Source: Patescibacteria group bacterium | GTDB taxonomy: Bacteria; Patescibacteriota; Microgenomatia; UBA8517 | Reading direction: 5' to 3' | DNA length: 64,000 nt | NCBI GenBank assembly: GCA_041499035.1 | Contig: JBGQJK010000003.1 | Span: 1,953-65,952, forward strand | Shown here: positions 35,981 through 44,870 of the stretch, in pieces | Numbering within the stretch: the first letter of the stretch is position 1 | Layout of the letters: every line of letters begins with the position of its first letter | Made by a program: the position numbers and the translations under genes | The notes under the pieces: generated by a model | The model's database searches: none | What the model saw: only the letters and a program-made list of their open reading frames with translations | What the model was told of the DNA's origin: nothing

Positions 35981-36469
35981 ATGGAAACACGGGTGGTATA
36001 CACATTAGCTATATTGGGAGCGCTTGGGGTTGGTGCATATTTTGCTTTGAGACCGAAAGGCAGTTTGCCTCCTGAGAGTCTAATTCCTCCGCAAGACAAA
36101 AGTTCAGATCAGACTCCTCCCATCCAAAATGCCGGCCTTGCAACTTTGGCCCCCACGGAATCCGGACGAAACGGCAACGGTTCTACGAAAGTAAATGGAA
36201 TGACAGGCGCAGTATACCCGGTAGTACCTGATCCTGAAGGCAGGAATAGAGAGTGTTTGGGAGTGGGAGCATATAGTGTCGGAAATCCGGTAACCGTTGA
36301 CGGTGCGGCGGTAGCTGAGGGTTCGGACAACAGCGTTTATATTGATGCTGAAGGCGACATTTATTCAAAAGGGGTAAAAATTGGAAGTTGGAATAGGAGT
36401 GCTTTGCCAAGTAATGAACAATTTGGACACACTAAGCCTGAGGACAAGATTGTTGTTTGCGCAAACTGA
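35981..36469 (+). CDS. Secreted hypothetical protein
   Basis: A signal/TM, then a Gly/Pro-rich sequence. Confidence 0.45.
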   Translation: METRVVYTLAILGALGVGAYFALRPKGSLPPESLIPPQDKSSDQTPPIQNAGLATLAPTESGRNGNGSTKVNGMTGAVYPVVPDPEGRNRECLGVGAYSVGNPVTVDGAAVAEGSDNSVYIDAEGDIYSKGVKIGSWNRSALPSNEQFGHTKPEDKIVVCAN

Positions 36470-36478
36470 TTAGGGACT

Positions 36479-36501
36479 GCAGTGGGGCCAGAGACTGCGC
36501 T
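36479..36501. repeat. Left copy of a ~23-30-bp direct repeat (gcagtggggccagagactgcgct)
   Basis: It matches 37182..37204 at 22 of 23 positions. On the minus strand it would encode ...KRSLWPHCSP*, a relic of the Rpf-like gene's C-terminus. Confidence 0.6.
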
Positions 36502-36506
36502 TTGTA

Positions 36507-36815
36507 TTAAGTAAGGAGTTTCGCGCGGTGAGTAAGAATATTTCCCCAAGTCATCATACTTTCGGCCCAAACCGAAGGGTCTTTTGGTCCGTGTAAACCC
36601 TCTTTTTGAAGTAATGGATACTGATTTGTAAAACTGCTGAAAGTTCCTGCAAAAGCAGCTGGAAGTGTTGAAGAATTTAAGTCCTGAATATAACTTGACG
36701 TGTTAACTAAAAACGTTTTTATTCTCTCTTTTTTACCTAAGTAATCATCAGCTGCCCAGTTTCCTACTCTGTTAAGATTCATTGCAATATCCAATATTTT
36801 GGCCTTGTTATTCAT
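36507..36815 (-). CDS. Hypothetical protein; second gene of the repeat-flanked two-gene cassette
   Basis: 102 aa; separated from the upstream gene by 1 nt. Confidence 0.45.
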   Translation of the reverse strand: MNNKAKILDIAMNLNRVGNWAADDYLGKKERIKTFLVNTSSYIQDLNSSTLPAAFAGTFSSFTNQYPLLQKEGLHGPKDPSVWAESMMTWGNILTHRAKLLT

Positions 36816-36816
36816 A

Positions 36817-37155
36817 TTATTTCAAAAGTTTTCCTACTATTGCATCAAATCTTTTTCTTATACCAAGAGAAAGGATATCCCGGGACGGATTATTATCCTT
36901 GGGCCGGAGATTTATTATTGAATTGTAGTCAACTTCGTTTGTTTTAACATCGAATCCCCCGCCCCAGAGATTTTTCTGTGAAGAACCATTATTGAGTAGA
37001 GCCTGTTCCTCATCAAAATGCCTGTCTCCTCCGCCCGAGAGAATTTCCTTTTCAATGTCTACCACGACTTTTATATATCCGTCGAAACGTTTAGCCATTT
37101 CTGCTATTTGTTCTTTTGAAGCTCTACCCGTGATAATCATATTCTTAAAACCCAC
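36817..37155 (-). CDS. Hypothetical protein; first gene of the repeat-flanked two-gene cassette
   Basis: 112 aa, with GGGD/GGG glycine motifs. Confidence 0.45.
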   Translation of the reverse strand: MGFKNMIITGRASKEQIAEMAKRFDGYIKVVVDIEKEILSGGGDRHFDEEQALLNNGSSQKNLWGGGFDVKTNEVDYNSIINLRPKDNNPSRDILSLGIRKRFDAIVGKLLK

Positions 37156-37172
37156 TTATTCTAACATACCAT

Positions 37173-37742
37173 TTATGGGTAGCAGTGGGGCCAGAGGCTG
37201 CGCTCCCCAATGCTTACGGCATATGAAGCGGTTTGGACTGCTTCTTCCGCATTAGCCCTTAGAGACAGATTCGGGTCCTCCCCCATTTTGATTCTTAAAT
37301 TTTTCCAGGTAGTTGCGTCGAACTGGAAAAGGCCCAAGTAGACGGAATTTTTTGCAGAAGGATTAAATCCCGATTCACAAATCGCAATCGCGCGTATTAC
37401 ATTTGGGTCAACTCCATATTGCCCCGCAAAGCGGTTTGTGAATTCATAAATTTCTGCGGATGTAAACGTAGGTTGTGGAATTGGAGTCGGAGTTGGTTTG
37501 GGCGTAGGTTTTTTGGTTGGAGTCGGTGACGGGGATGGCGTTGGTGAAGGGGTATCAGTTGGCATTGATGTTGGGCTTGACGAAGACGTTGCTTCCGCCA
37601 TAACTTTTTTCTCTTCATTCGGGCGATTCATAATATACAAAGTCACAACTTCTCCGAATAGAACGAGAAGGAGGATAGACAAAATGAAGTTTTTCATACG
37701 GGTAATTCTAGCACTACTTTCCTCTGTGCTTGAAGTATTCAA
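37173..37742 (-). CDS. Membrane-anchored Rpf/transglycosylase-like domain protein with a Pro/Thr linker
   Basis: AIAICESGFNPSAKNSVYLGLFQFDATTW (Rpf-like transglycosylase core), a PTPSPSPTPTKKPTPKPTPTP linker, and an N-terminal TM. Confidence 0.65.
   Translation of the reverse strand: MNTSSTEESSARITRMKNFILSILLLVLFGEVVTLYIMNRPNEEKKVMAEATSSSSPTSMPTDTPSPTPSPSPTPTKKPTPKPTPTPIPQPTFTSAEIYEFTNRFAGQYGVDPNVIRAIAICESGFNPSAKNSVYLGLFQFDATTWKNLRIKMGEDPNLSLRANAEEAVQTASYAVSIGERSLWPHCYP
37182..37204. repeat. Right copy of the direct repeat (gcagtggggccagaggctgcgct); it forms the 3' end of the Rpf-like gene
   Basis: It encodes ...ERSLWPHCYP* of the 37173..37742 gene on the minus strand. Confidence 0.6.
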
Positions 37743-37891
37743 CCTGCTGAAGTCTGTGGACCGCGTCTTCCCGTTTTTTGTAAGGGCCCCCGAGATGCTT
37801 ACGGCTGGTTCTTCCGATTACGTAATAGCCTTCCTTCCGTTTAATTATCACCATTCATTATAACAGCCATTTTTTTGATATAATCCCTAAC

Positions 37892-38563
37892 ATGGTTGAA
37901 AACAGACGGTTTGCACTATTAGCTGACCTTGATAAAACTCTGCACGACTCAGACGAATATACCACCTCGGCGTTTGTATATAGTCTTGACCAGCTCGGCT
38001 ATCCGCTAAGCCCAAGACAAACGATTACAAAACTTATCGGTAAGCCACTAATTGAGTGCTACGAAGCCCTGGCCCCCGGGGGAGATTTTGAGGCTCTTAG
38101 GGCTGCACACACAAAATTTCAAGAAGAGCACCCGGAGCTTTTGAAGCCATTCCCCCACACCATTAGCACCTTGAGTAAAATAAAAGATGAGGGTTTTAAT
38201 ACTGCAGTTATAACTTCCCGCTCAAGGGCCAGCGCTCTTGAAAACATGGAGGCGACAGGTGTGGCCCGTTTTATTGACTACCTGGTTTCGGTGGATGATG
38301 TGGAAAATCCCAAACCTCATCCCGAACCTGTTCAAAAGGCGCTTATCCATTTTAATATTCCCGCTCATCATGCCTGGACCGCCGGTGACTCGCACTTAGA
38401 CGTACAGGCGGGAAACCGCGCCGGAACTCATACGATTGCTGTGGTAAACGGCAAGCTTACCCAAGAAATTATTGAGAGCAGGCCCGATCACATAATTTAC
38501 GACATTGAGGAGATATACCCGGTGATAATGACAGGCATAAGGATTATAACCGGCTCAGTATAA
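37892..38563 (+). CDS. HAD-superfamily hydrolase (phosphatase, PGP-like)
   Basis: LLADLDKTL (motif I DxD), VITSRS, GDSHLDVQAG. Confidence 0.8.
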   Translation: MVENRRFALLADLDKTLHDSDEYTTSAFVYSLDQLGYPLSPRQTITKLIGKPLIECYEALAPGGDFEALRAAHTKFQEEHPELLKPFPHTISTLSKIKDEGFNTAVITSRSRASALENMEATGVARFIDYLVSVDDVENPKPHPEPVQKALIHFNIPAHHAWTAGDSHLDVQAGNRAGTHTIAVVNGKLTQEIIESRPDHIIYDIEEIYPVIMTGIRIITGSV

Positions 38564-38567
38564 GCTT

Positions 38568-38768
38568 CTACTTTTTACGCGAAGAATTGGGGTCGCCCTC
38601 CGCTTTTAGCCAGAGCGCTCCTACCCCGAGAACTGCCAACCCTATCGGGACATTTACATAAACACTGAAGAGAGCGGCAGCAATAACAATCAAACCAACT
38701 CTGGCCTCTTTGATTTTTTCCAGCAAACCCTTTTCGTCAACGTGTCCGCCCAGTCCCCTATCTTTCAT
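38568..38768 (-). CDS. Small membrane protein
   Basis: A 66-aa ORF with 1-2 TM. Confidence 0.35.
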   Translation of the reverse strand: MKDRGLGGHVDEKGLLEKIKEARVGLIVIAAALFSVYVNVPIGLAVLGVGALWLKAEGDPNSSRKK

Positions 38769-38798
38769 AAGGCGTATTCTAGCACAATATTCTTTGTT

Positions 38799-39128
38799 TT
38801 ATACCCCTTTTGAGCCGTTATGGTCGGACAGTATTTCCGTAAGTTTTAAAATGTCTATTCCCCCGCTTTGTTTTATGCATGAGGCGTCCATCATCAGTAG
38901 TTGCTGACCGGAAAGCTGCCTGCTATGGAGGAATCCCTCAACTTCGTGTTGAAATATTGCTTTTTTATTTTTATCGTACACAATTTCCCTGAGTACATCC
39001 CCCGGCAATAATTCCCAAACATCCTCAAATGTTTCAATCGGAGCAGGACTTTTGGGGCCGGGTCCCCAGTCGAAGCGCGCCGGGGCGAGTCTGGCGCGCA
39101 TTCGTTCATGTAAATCTACAACAGACAT
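38799..39128 (-). CDS. Hypothetical protein
   Basis: A 109-aa ORF. Confidence 0.4.
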   Translation of the reverse strand: MSVVDLHERMRARLAPARFDWGPGPKSPAPIETFEDVWELLPGDVLREIVYDKNKKAIFQHEVEGFLHSRQLSGQQLLMMDASCIKQSGGIDILKLTEILSDHNGSKGV

Positions 39129-39174
39129 AATGTTTGAATTTTAACCGCTTTTTTAAAAAAATCTACATGCTAAT

Positions 39175-39552
39175 TTGCGGTTGTTGTATAATAATTTTAT
39201 GAAGTTTAGTATCCGCCTACTCTATCTTTATCTTTTTTCCTTCATAGGCCTGCTCGTTGCCGTAATCGGGTCGGTAAGGCTGATTCAACTTGCATTAAAA
39301 GTCTTCGTTTTTAACGGTGCAGACACTTATAATGTTTATACCTCCCCCGTTGCCCCCGCGCCAGTTACTCCCGATGGGAAGGTTCCTGCAGTGCAAACTC
39401 AGACGGAAATTGAGGCACAGAGGAAAATTAACGATGCGGAAAATCAAAAACAGCGTCAGCGTGAAGTCGCGGAAGCCAGTGCGATGATAATAGTGGGAGC
39501 CCCTCTCTACCTCTATCACTGGAAAAAAATCCAGAAGGAAAACAAAAAATGA
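39175..39552 (+). CDS. Membrane protein
   Basis: N-terminal TM; 125 aa. Confidence 0.45.
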   Translation: MRLLYNNFMKFSIRLLYLYLFSFIGLLVAVIGSVRLIQLALKVFVFNGADTYNVYTSPVAPAPVTPDGKVPAVQTQTEIEAQRKINDAENQKQRQREVAEASAMIIVGAPLYLYHWKKIQKENKK

Positions 39553-40052
39553 TTACTTTTGTTTTGCCCGGCGGCTCGCCCCAAAATAGACCGTGGTTAA
39601 ATGAAACGGCCAAAATCCTTGAGGTTCCCGGTGTGATCCGGCCGATCATCTGGGACCATTGGGAAGACTCCGATCAAAAGTTTATTCCCGAGGAAAAAGC
39701 TTCCCTTATAGATAAAGTGGCCAGAGGCGAGGAAATTAATATTGTTGCCAAGTCTATCGGGACTCTAGTGGCTGCACTAATGATAAATAAAATCCCCTAC
39801 CAGATTTATAAACTTATTCTTTGCGGGATTCCTTTACAAGACCTAAATGAGGATGAAAAAGATACTATAAAAGGGGCGCTTGCCAGTCTGGCTCCCGAGA
39901 AAATTCTCTGCTTTCAGAATGAAAGCGACCCGCACGCAAGTTACGCGGAGGTCAGCGAGTTTTTGCCTGTCGGGGTTAAAGTTATTAGTAAGCCCCGTAG
40001 CGACCACGAATACCCTTATTTTGAGGACTTCAATGAATTCTTAAAAGCCTGA
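39549..40052 (+). CDS. Alpha/beta-hydrolase-fold serine hydrolase (RBBP9/YdeN-like)
   Basis: VAKSIGT nucleophile elbow (G-x-S-x-G-like); 167 aa. Confidence 0.55.
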   Translation: MITFVLPGGSPQNRPWLNETAKILEVPGVIRPIIWDHWEDSDQKFIPEEKASLIDKVARGEEINIVAKSIGTLVAALMINKIPYQIYKLILCGIPLQDLNEDEKDTIKGALASLAPEKILCFQNESDPHASYAEVSEFLPVGVKVISKPRSDHEYPYFEDFNEFLKA

Positions 40053-40072
40053 AGATCGTAAAAAATACAGTT

Positions 40073-40112
40073 CTCACATCCAAGAGACGTGTCTTCCCGT
40101 CTGTGAGTTTTT
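40073..40112 (+). terminator. Candidate intrinsic terminator (CUCAC...AGACG-loop-CGUCU-GUGAG + U5)
   Basis: ctcacatccaagagacgtgtcttcccgtctgtgagttttt lies 21 nt after the stop at 40052. Confidence 0.45.
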
Positions 40113-40323
40113 GGCGAATAGACTATTTGACCTGTAATACAGTCAAAATATATTAGTCCCGGCCAAACCACCCGAACCCCGCCCGGGCCCAAAGCAAAGG
40201 TAATTTCTTTTTCCGGTACCGCGGGATTGGTGCAGCCCGGTGGTTTTCTGAATACTCTTTCTGACATGAAGTGTTTATTATAACAGAAATTATGAAGCCC
40301 ATCAAATACTATAAGACACTATT

Positions 40324-41097
40324 CTATCTTACTTGGTAGCTAAGGGAGACGGTGACGTCAATTTCCGTTTGTCCGGGCTGAATATCGGGTTGGACTGCGG
40401 GAGCGGGCGCCCCACCCAAACCCACTGCGGATTTATCTGCTGCGAAAGCAATCGGCCTGATATTCTGGGCCTGGTTTTCCGAGACATTTATTATTTTACC
40501 TAGAGTTATACCAGCCGCTTTGGCCAGGCCGTCCGCCTTGGTTTTTGCGTCGGCAACCGCCATGCTCCTTGCTTCGTTCATTTTGGCAGTTTTGGTTGAA
40601 TCGTTAAGGTCAAAATTTACATTGCCGACCATGTTGGCCCCTGCGGCTGTTGAATTAACTATTACGTCGTTAATCTTATCGAAATCTTTGACGGCAACCT
40701 CATAATTTGTGGAAACCTGATAGCCGGTTATTTTTTGCGAGGGTTGTGTAAAATCATACTGCGGGTAAACGTTGTAGGAAGTGGTTTTAATGTCCTGCTC
40801 GCTTATACCGAGTTTCTTTAGTGCATCCGTTAAAGCTTTCGATTTTGTATTAACCGAATTTTGGACCGATTTAAGTGAACTTCCGCTATCCTGAATGCCC
40901 AATGTAACCTTGGCAATGTCTGGGGTAACCGAAACCTTGCCCTCCCCCGAAACCATAAAGGGCTCTCCTACTCCTTGGGTGGTCGTCGCGAAGTTTATTG
41001 GAGGTCCCCATTTGGCAAAAACAAACAAGAGGATAAAAAAGATGATTACTGCACCTGCTCCGCCCGCCTGCGGAGGAATAGTTTTCTTTTCTTCCAT
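40324..41097 (-). CDS. SIMPL-domain (DUF541/BP26-like) periplasmic protein
   Basis: An N-terminal TM, then a SIMPL-like pattern (VSVTPDIAKVTLGIQ...). Confidence 0.7.
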   Translation of the reverse strand: MEEKKTIPPQAGGAGAVIIFFILLFVFAKWGPPINFATTTQGVGEPFMVSGEGKVSVTPDIAKVTLGIQDSGSSLKSVQNSVNTKSKALTDALKKLGISEQDIKTTSYNVYPQYDFTQPSQKITGYQVSTNYEVAVKDFDKINDVIVNSTAAGANMVGNVNFDLNDSTKTAKMNEARSMAVADAKTKADGLAKAAGITLGKIINVSENQAQNIRPIAFAADKSAVGLGGAPAPAVQPDIQPGQTEIDVTVSLSYQVR

Positions 41098-41228
41098 TAA
41101 TTAATACTAATGCTGATTGCAGCTTTTTGCAATTGTGAATTATAACCAAATGAAATACTTACATGATATATATCATTTAAGTGAAGAATAGCTTGACAAA
41201 GAAAATGAAGAAGAAGTACAATCCGTGC

Positions 41229-41534
41229 ATGGCAAAAGTTGATGTCGTCAAGCCGGTTCTTACGGATAAAGAGTTGTCCAGAGTATTCTTAAAAGAAGAT
41301 GTGACACAGGGAAATGTTGGGATGGTTGTTGAGCATTTGGCAGATGCGCAGCTTCCAAAAGGTGAAGCATTGAAACTATTGGCTCAGGCTGCTAGGAATA
41401 GAGCAGATATAAAAGATCAGGAAGCACTATTAGTTGATGCATCGGCAGGCCATATAATTCAGGATGCAGGGGCTTTTGAGAGAAGTAGAGCATCTGCGTT
41501 AAGGAAATTTGCCGACGAAATTGAAAAGCCTTAA
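41229..41534 (+). CDS. Hypothetical protein (start trimmed to the ATG 6 nt after a −10)
   Basis: TTGACA-18-TACAAT-ccgtgc-ATG. The track ORF begins at a GTG at 41181 that would lie inside its own promoter. Confidence 0.4.
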   Translation: MAKVDVVKPVLTDKELSRVFLKEDVTQGNVGMVVEHLADAQLPKGEALKLLAQAARNRADIKDQEALLVDASAGHIIQDAGAFERSRASALRKFADEIEKP

Positions 41535-41537
41535 AAT

Positions 41538-44159
41538 TTAACTTTCTTCTTCTTCATCCACGGCTTTTTCGAGTACCGCTGCAGCGGCTACTGAGTCTCC
41601 TTTGTCGGCAAACCTCATCAAGATCACACCCTGTGTTGCACGGCCGAGCTGGGGAATATTTCTTAAGGGGAGCTTTATAACCTGACCCATTTTACTGGTG
41701 ATTATTACCTGGTCGATATTTCTTGTAACCATGGCGGCGGTTTTAAGGTTCCCCGTTTTAGTCGAAACCACGGCTGCTTTTACCCCTTTACCCGCACGTT
41801 TTTGTACAGGAAAGAGGTGGATCGGAGTACGCTTGCCTAAACCCTTCTCCGCAATTGTCAGAATATCTCTGAAATACTTCTTTCTTTTGTCCGCGGGAAT
41901 GCTTTCTTTGCCCGGAAACACATCCATGCCGATAAGCTCATCCCCTGCTTCGAGTTTTATTCCCGTTACCCCAGTTGTGGCCCTGCCCATCGGGCGTACG
42001 TTGGCTTCGGGGAAGCGTATCGACTTTGCATTCCGCGTCAAAAGAATAATATGGTCATCCCCGCCTGTGGGGTGAACCGATATGAGCTGGTCATCGCTTC
42101 TAAGTTTTATAGCAATCAGGCCGGAAGACCTTAAATTTTCAAACTCACTAAGGTTGGTCTTTTTAATGATCCCGTTCTTAGTCGCCATGATCAGGTTTTT
42201 TATGCCGCTGTCTTTTGAAAGCGGTAAAACCGACCTGATTTCTTCCCCACCCTCGAGATTCAGAAGATTAACAAGCGCCTGGCCTTTTGCCTGGCGGGAA
42301 GACTCGGGAATTTCCCAGGCTTTTGTACCGAACACACGGCCTTTATTGGTAAAGAAAAGAATATTGTCATGAGTGGAAGCGGAAAGAATATGTTCGATTT
42401 CATCCTCCTCTTTAGTTGTCATGCCGATCACTCCCTTGCCGCCGCGTCTTTGCGCGCGGTAGCTGGTTGCTGAGAGACGCTTGATGTAGCCGGTGCGGGT
42501 AATAGTGATTAATGTCTCCTCTTTGGCCACAAGATCTTCCTCGGAAATCTCCCCCAACGCGGATTTATAAATCTTGGTTCGCCTTGCATCACCGTATTTC
42601 TCCTTCAATTCGGTCAGTTCCTTAACAATAATGTCCAGGACTTTTTTTGGATCCCTGAGAATTGCAACTAACTGGTCAATTAATTTTTCAATCTCCTCGT
42701 ACTCTTTTTCTATCTTTTCGCGCTCGAGTGCAGCAAGACGACGAAGTTGCATGTCCAAAATCGCGGTTGCCTGAATTTCGGACAACTTAAACCTTTTGAT
42801 TAAATTGACCTTGGCATCATCCTGGGTTTTACTCTCCCTTATCGTTTTTATAACCGCATCCAGATTATCAAGCGCAATCTTTAAGCCTTCCAAAATGTGG
42901 GCCCGCTTTTTGGCTTCCGTCAGATCAAAAATAGTCCGCCTGGTAACAACTTTTTGTCTGTGTTTTACAAACTCGGAGAGTATTTGTTTGAGGTTCAGTG
43001 TGTGCGGAGTTCCGTCAACCAGAGCTACAAAATTCGCGGGGAAACTACTCTGAAGCCTAGTATGTTTATAAATATTATTGAGAACCGACTTGGGTTTGGC
43101 ATCACGCTTAAGGTCGACCACAACACGCATGCCGTCTTTATCGCTTTCATCCCGAAGATCAGAAATGCCGACGACCTTTTTATCCTTTACAAGTTCCGCG
43201 ATTTTGGCAACCAGTTCGCTTTTATTTACCTGATAAGGAATTTCGGAAATAATTATCTGGGTTTTGCCCTTGGCCCCTTCCGTTATCTCGGCAATTCCCC
43301 TTACAACAATCTTACCCCGTCCCGTAGCATAAACTTCCCTAAGACTATTGGCATCATAGATTGCACCCCCGGTCGGGAAATCGGGCCCAGGAATTACTTT
43401 TGTCAGTTCTTCGAGTTCTATATCGCTTTCAAATGAAATTGATGTCGGGTCAGCCTCCTCCTCGGTAAGCGGCTTTTCCGCGCCCGAAGCAACTAGATTA
43501 ATTTTCTTTATAACAAAATCAGTTTGTTCTTGGTGGGTTTTGCCTTCGGAAACAACTCTGCCTTTTTTAATCATCTCGTTAATCGCGTCCACAACTTCAC
43601 TTAGATTGTGGGGAGGAATTTTGGTGGCCATCCCGACCGCGATTCCTTCGGATCCCATCAAAAGCAGGTTAGGAAGGATTGAAGGGAGGTAAACAGGCTC
43701 TTTTAATGTTGCGTCAAAGTTGTCTGTAAAGTCCACCGTTTCTTTTTCCATGTCGGTTAGCATCAGGTCGGCAATTTTTGCTAATTTAACCTCGGTGTAA
43801 CGCATAGCTGCGGGGGGATCGCCGTCAACCGAACCGAAGTTGCCTTGGCCGTGAACTAAGGGATAGCGCATGGAAAAAGTCTGGGCCAACCTGACCATGG
43901 CGTCATAAACTGCCATATCCCCGTGCGGATGATATTTGCCTAAAACTTCTCCGACAACTTTGGCGGATTTGGTGGTGGAGCTGCCGACAAAATGGAGGCC
44001 CATGAGGTGCATCGCGTAAAGAATACGCCGGTGAACAGGCTTAAGGCCATCCCTAACGTCGGGAAGCGCGCGGGCAACAATAACACTCATTGCATAATCA
44101 AGGTAAGACTTAGAAAGTTCCGTGGTGATCTCAGTCGAGCGAATTTTGCCAATATCCAT
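41538..44159 (-). CDS. gyrA: DNA gyrase subunit A
   Basis: [29 protein letters not shown] and the active-site region, with a C-terminal beta-pinwheel; 873 aa. Confidence 0.95.
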   Translation of the reverse strand: MDIGKIRSTEITTELSKSYLDYAMSVIVARALPDVRDGLKPVHRRILYAMHLMGLHFVGSSTTKSAKVVGEVLGKYHPHGDMAVYDAMVRLAQTFSMRYPLVHGQGNFGSVDGDPPAAMRYTEVKLAKIADLMLTDMEKETVDFTDNFDATLKEPVYLPSILPNLLLMGSEGIAVGMATKIPPHNLSEVVDAINEMIKKGRVVSEGKTHQEQTDFVIKKINLVASGAEKPLTEEEADPTSISFESDIELEELTKVIPGPDFPTGGAIYDANSLREVYATGRGKIVVRGIAEITEGAKGKTQIIISEIPYQVNKSELVAKIAELVKDKKVVGISDLRDESDKDGMRVVVDLKRDAKPKSVLNNIYKHTRLQSSFPANFVALVDGTPHTLNLKQILSEFVKHRQKVVTRRTIFDLTEAKKRAHILEGLKIALDNLDAVIKTIRESKTQDDAKVNLIKRFKLSEIQATAILDMQLRRLAALEREKIEKEYEEIEKLIDQLVAILRDPKKVLDIIVKELTELKEKYGDARRTKIYKSALGEISEEDLVAKEETLITITRTGYIKRLSATSYRAQRRGGKGVIGMTTKEEDEIEHILSASTHDNILFFTNKGRVFGTKAWEIPESSRQAKGQALVNLLNLEGGEEIRSVLPLSKDSGIKNLIMATKNGIIKKTNLSEFENLRSSGLIAIKLRSDDQLISVHPTGGDDHIILLTRNAKSIRFPEANVRPMGRATTGVTGIKLEAGDELIGMDVFPGKESIPADKRKKYFRDILTIAEKGLGKRTPIHLFPVQKRAGKGVKAAVVSTKTGNLKTAAMVTRNIDQVIITSKMGQVIKLPLRNIPQLGRATQGVILMRFADKGDSVAAAAVLEKAVDEEEES

Positions 44160-44226
44160 ATACTTCTCAAACTTTCTTTAGAAACAAAAGAAAGTTTGGC
44201 AAAGAAATTAAAACAAAAGGGACAAT

Positions 44227-44255
44227 AAAACTGAGGCTTTGTTAGCCTCAAAACA
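44227..44255 (-). terminator. Hairpin terminator downstream of the sortase gene (UGAGGCU-AACAA-AGCCUCA flanked by A/U runs)
   Basis: Plus strand: aaaac-tgaggct-ttgtt-agcctca-aaac. Confidence 0.45.
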
Positions 44256-44294
44256 TTGTAACCTTTTTATTAGAGTGAAGCAAGGAGGACCTTG

Positions 44295-44870
44295 TTAAAT
44301 TTGTGGTTTCGCAACTATAACAGCCCTTTGACTGTCAAACAGCCCGTAGCAGGTATAAATTGTAAGCTGTTCGGTCGGCATTGGCGAAACCAAGTCTACC
44401 CTGTCTGGGCTGACTATATACTTTTTCTCAACCAAATAATTATAGATTTTGCCGCTTTTGGTTTTAATCATAATCTTCTTGCCCACACCTATAAATGGAA
44501 GGTTTCCGAAAATTTCTTTTTTATTGTGGCCATAGATAACTACGTTTCCCCCGCCCCCCGGAGCGGCCGAGGTGTCCAAAAATGTTGCGTTTTTCTGGGA
44601 TATCTGCCAGACTCCGTCTTTGATGGTTCCGGGATCAACTTTTAAGTCAATATTTACGGAGGGGATGATAATTTCAACAGGCGCGTCAATACTTTGAACT
44701 GCCTGGCTGGCTTGGGGCGGCACTTTACTAAACGACAGGATCCGTTCCTTGTAGTAGTTATAGGCGCCAAAAACAAAGATTGTTATCCCTACGAAAATTA
44801 AAACAGAGGAGCCGAGCTTACCTTGAAGCTTTCTTGAAGTTTTTGATTCCGACTGCTGAGATTGTTCCAC
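44295..44870 (-). CDS. Sortase-family transpeptidase
   Basis: An N-terminal TM, VVIYGHN (catalytic His), and the LTIYTCY (TLxTC) catalytic Cys motif. Confidence 0.8.
   Translation of the reverse strand: MEQSQQSESKTSRKLQGKLGSSVLIFVGITIFVFGAYNYYKERILSFSKVPPQASQAVQSIDAPVEIIIPSVNIDLKVDPGTIKDGVWQISQKNATFLDTSAAPGGGGNVVIYGHNKKEIFGNLPFIGVGKKIMIKTKSGKIYNYLVEKKYIVSPDRVDLVSPMPTEQLTIYTCYGLFDSQRAVIVAKPQI

Noticed and set aside
41181-41228. GTG start at 41181 for the 117-aa ORF
   Set aside because: It would place a consensus TTGACA-18-TACAAT promoter inside the coding sequence. The ATG at 41229, 6 nt after the −10, is the more plausible leaderless start.
42897-43436. A 179-aa ORF on the plus strand inside gyrA. 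Similar antisense ORFs lie within ctp (6626..7030), yebC (26785..27273), htrA (7752..8291), hisS-like (10873..11190), dnaB (15865..16221) and others.
   Set aside because: They lie entirely within well-supported genes on the opposite strand and have low-complexity or biased composition. They are shadow ORFs.
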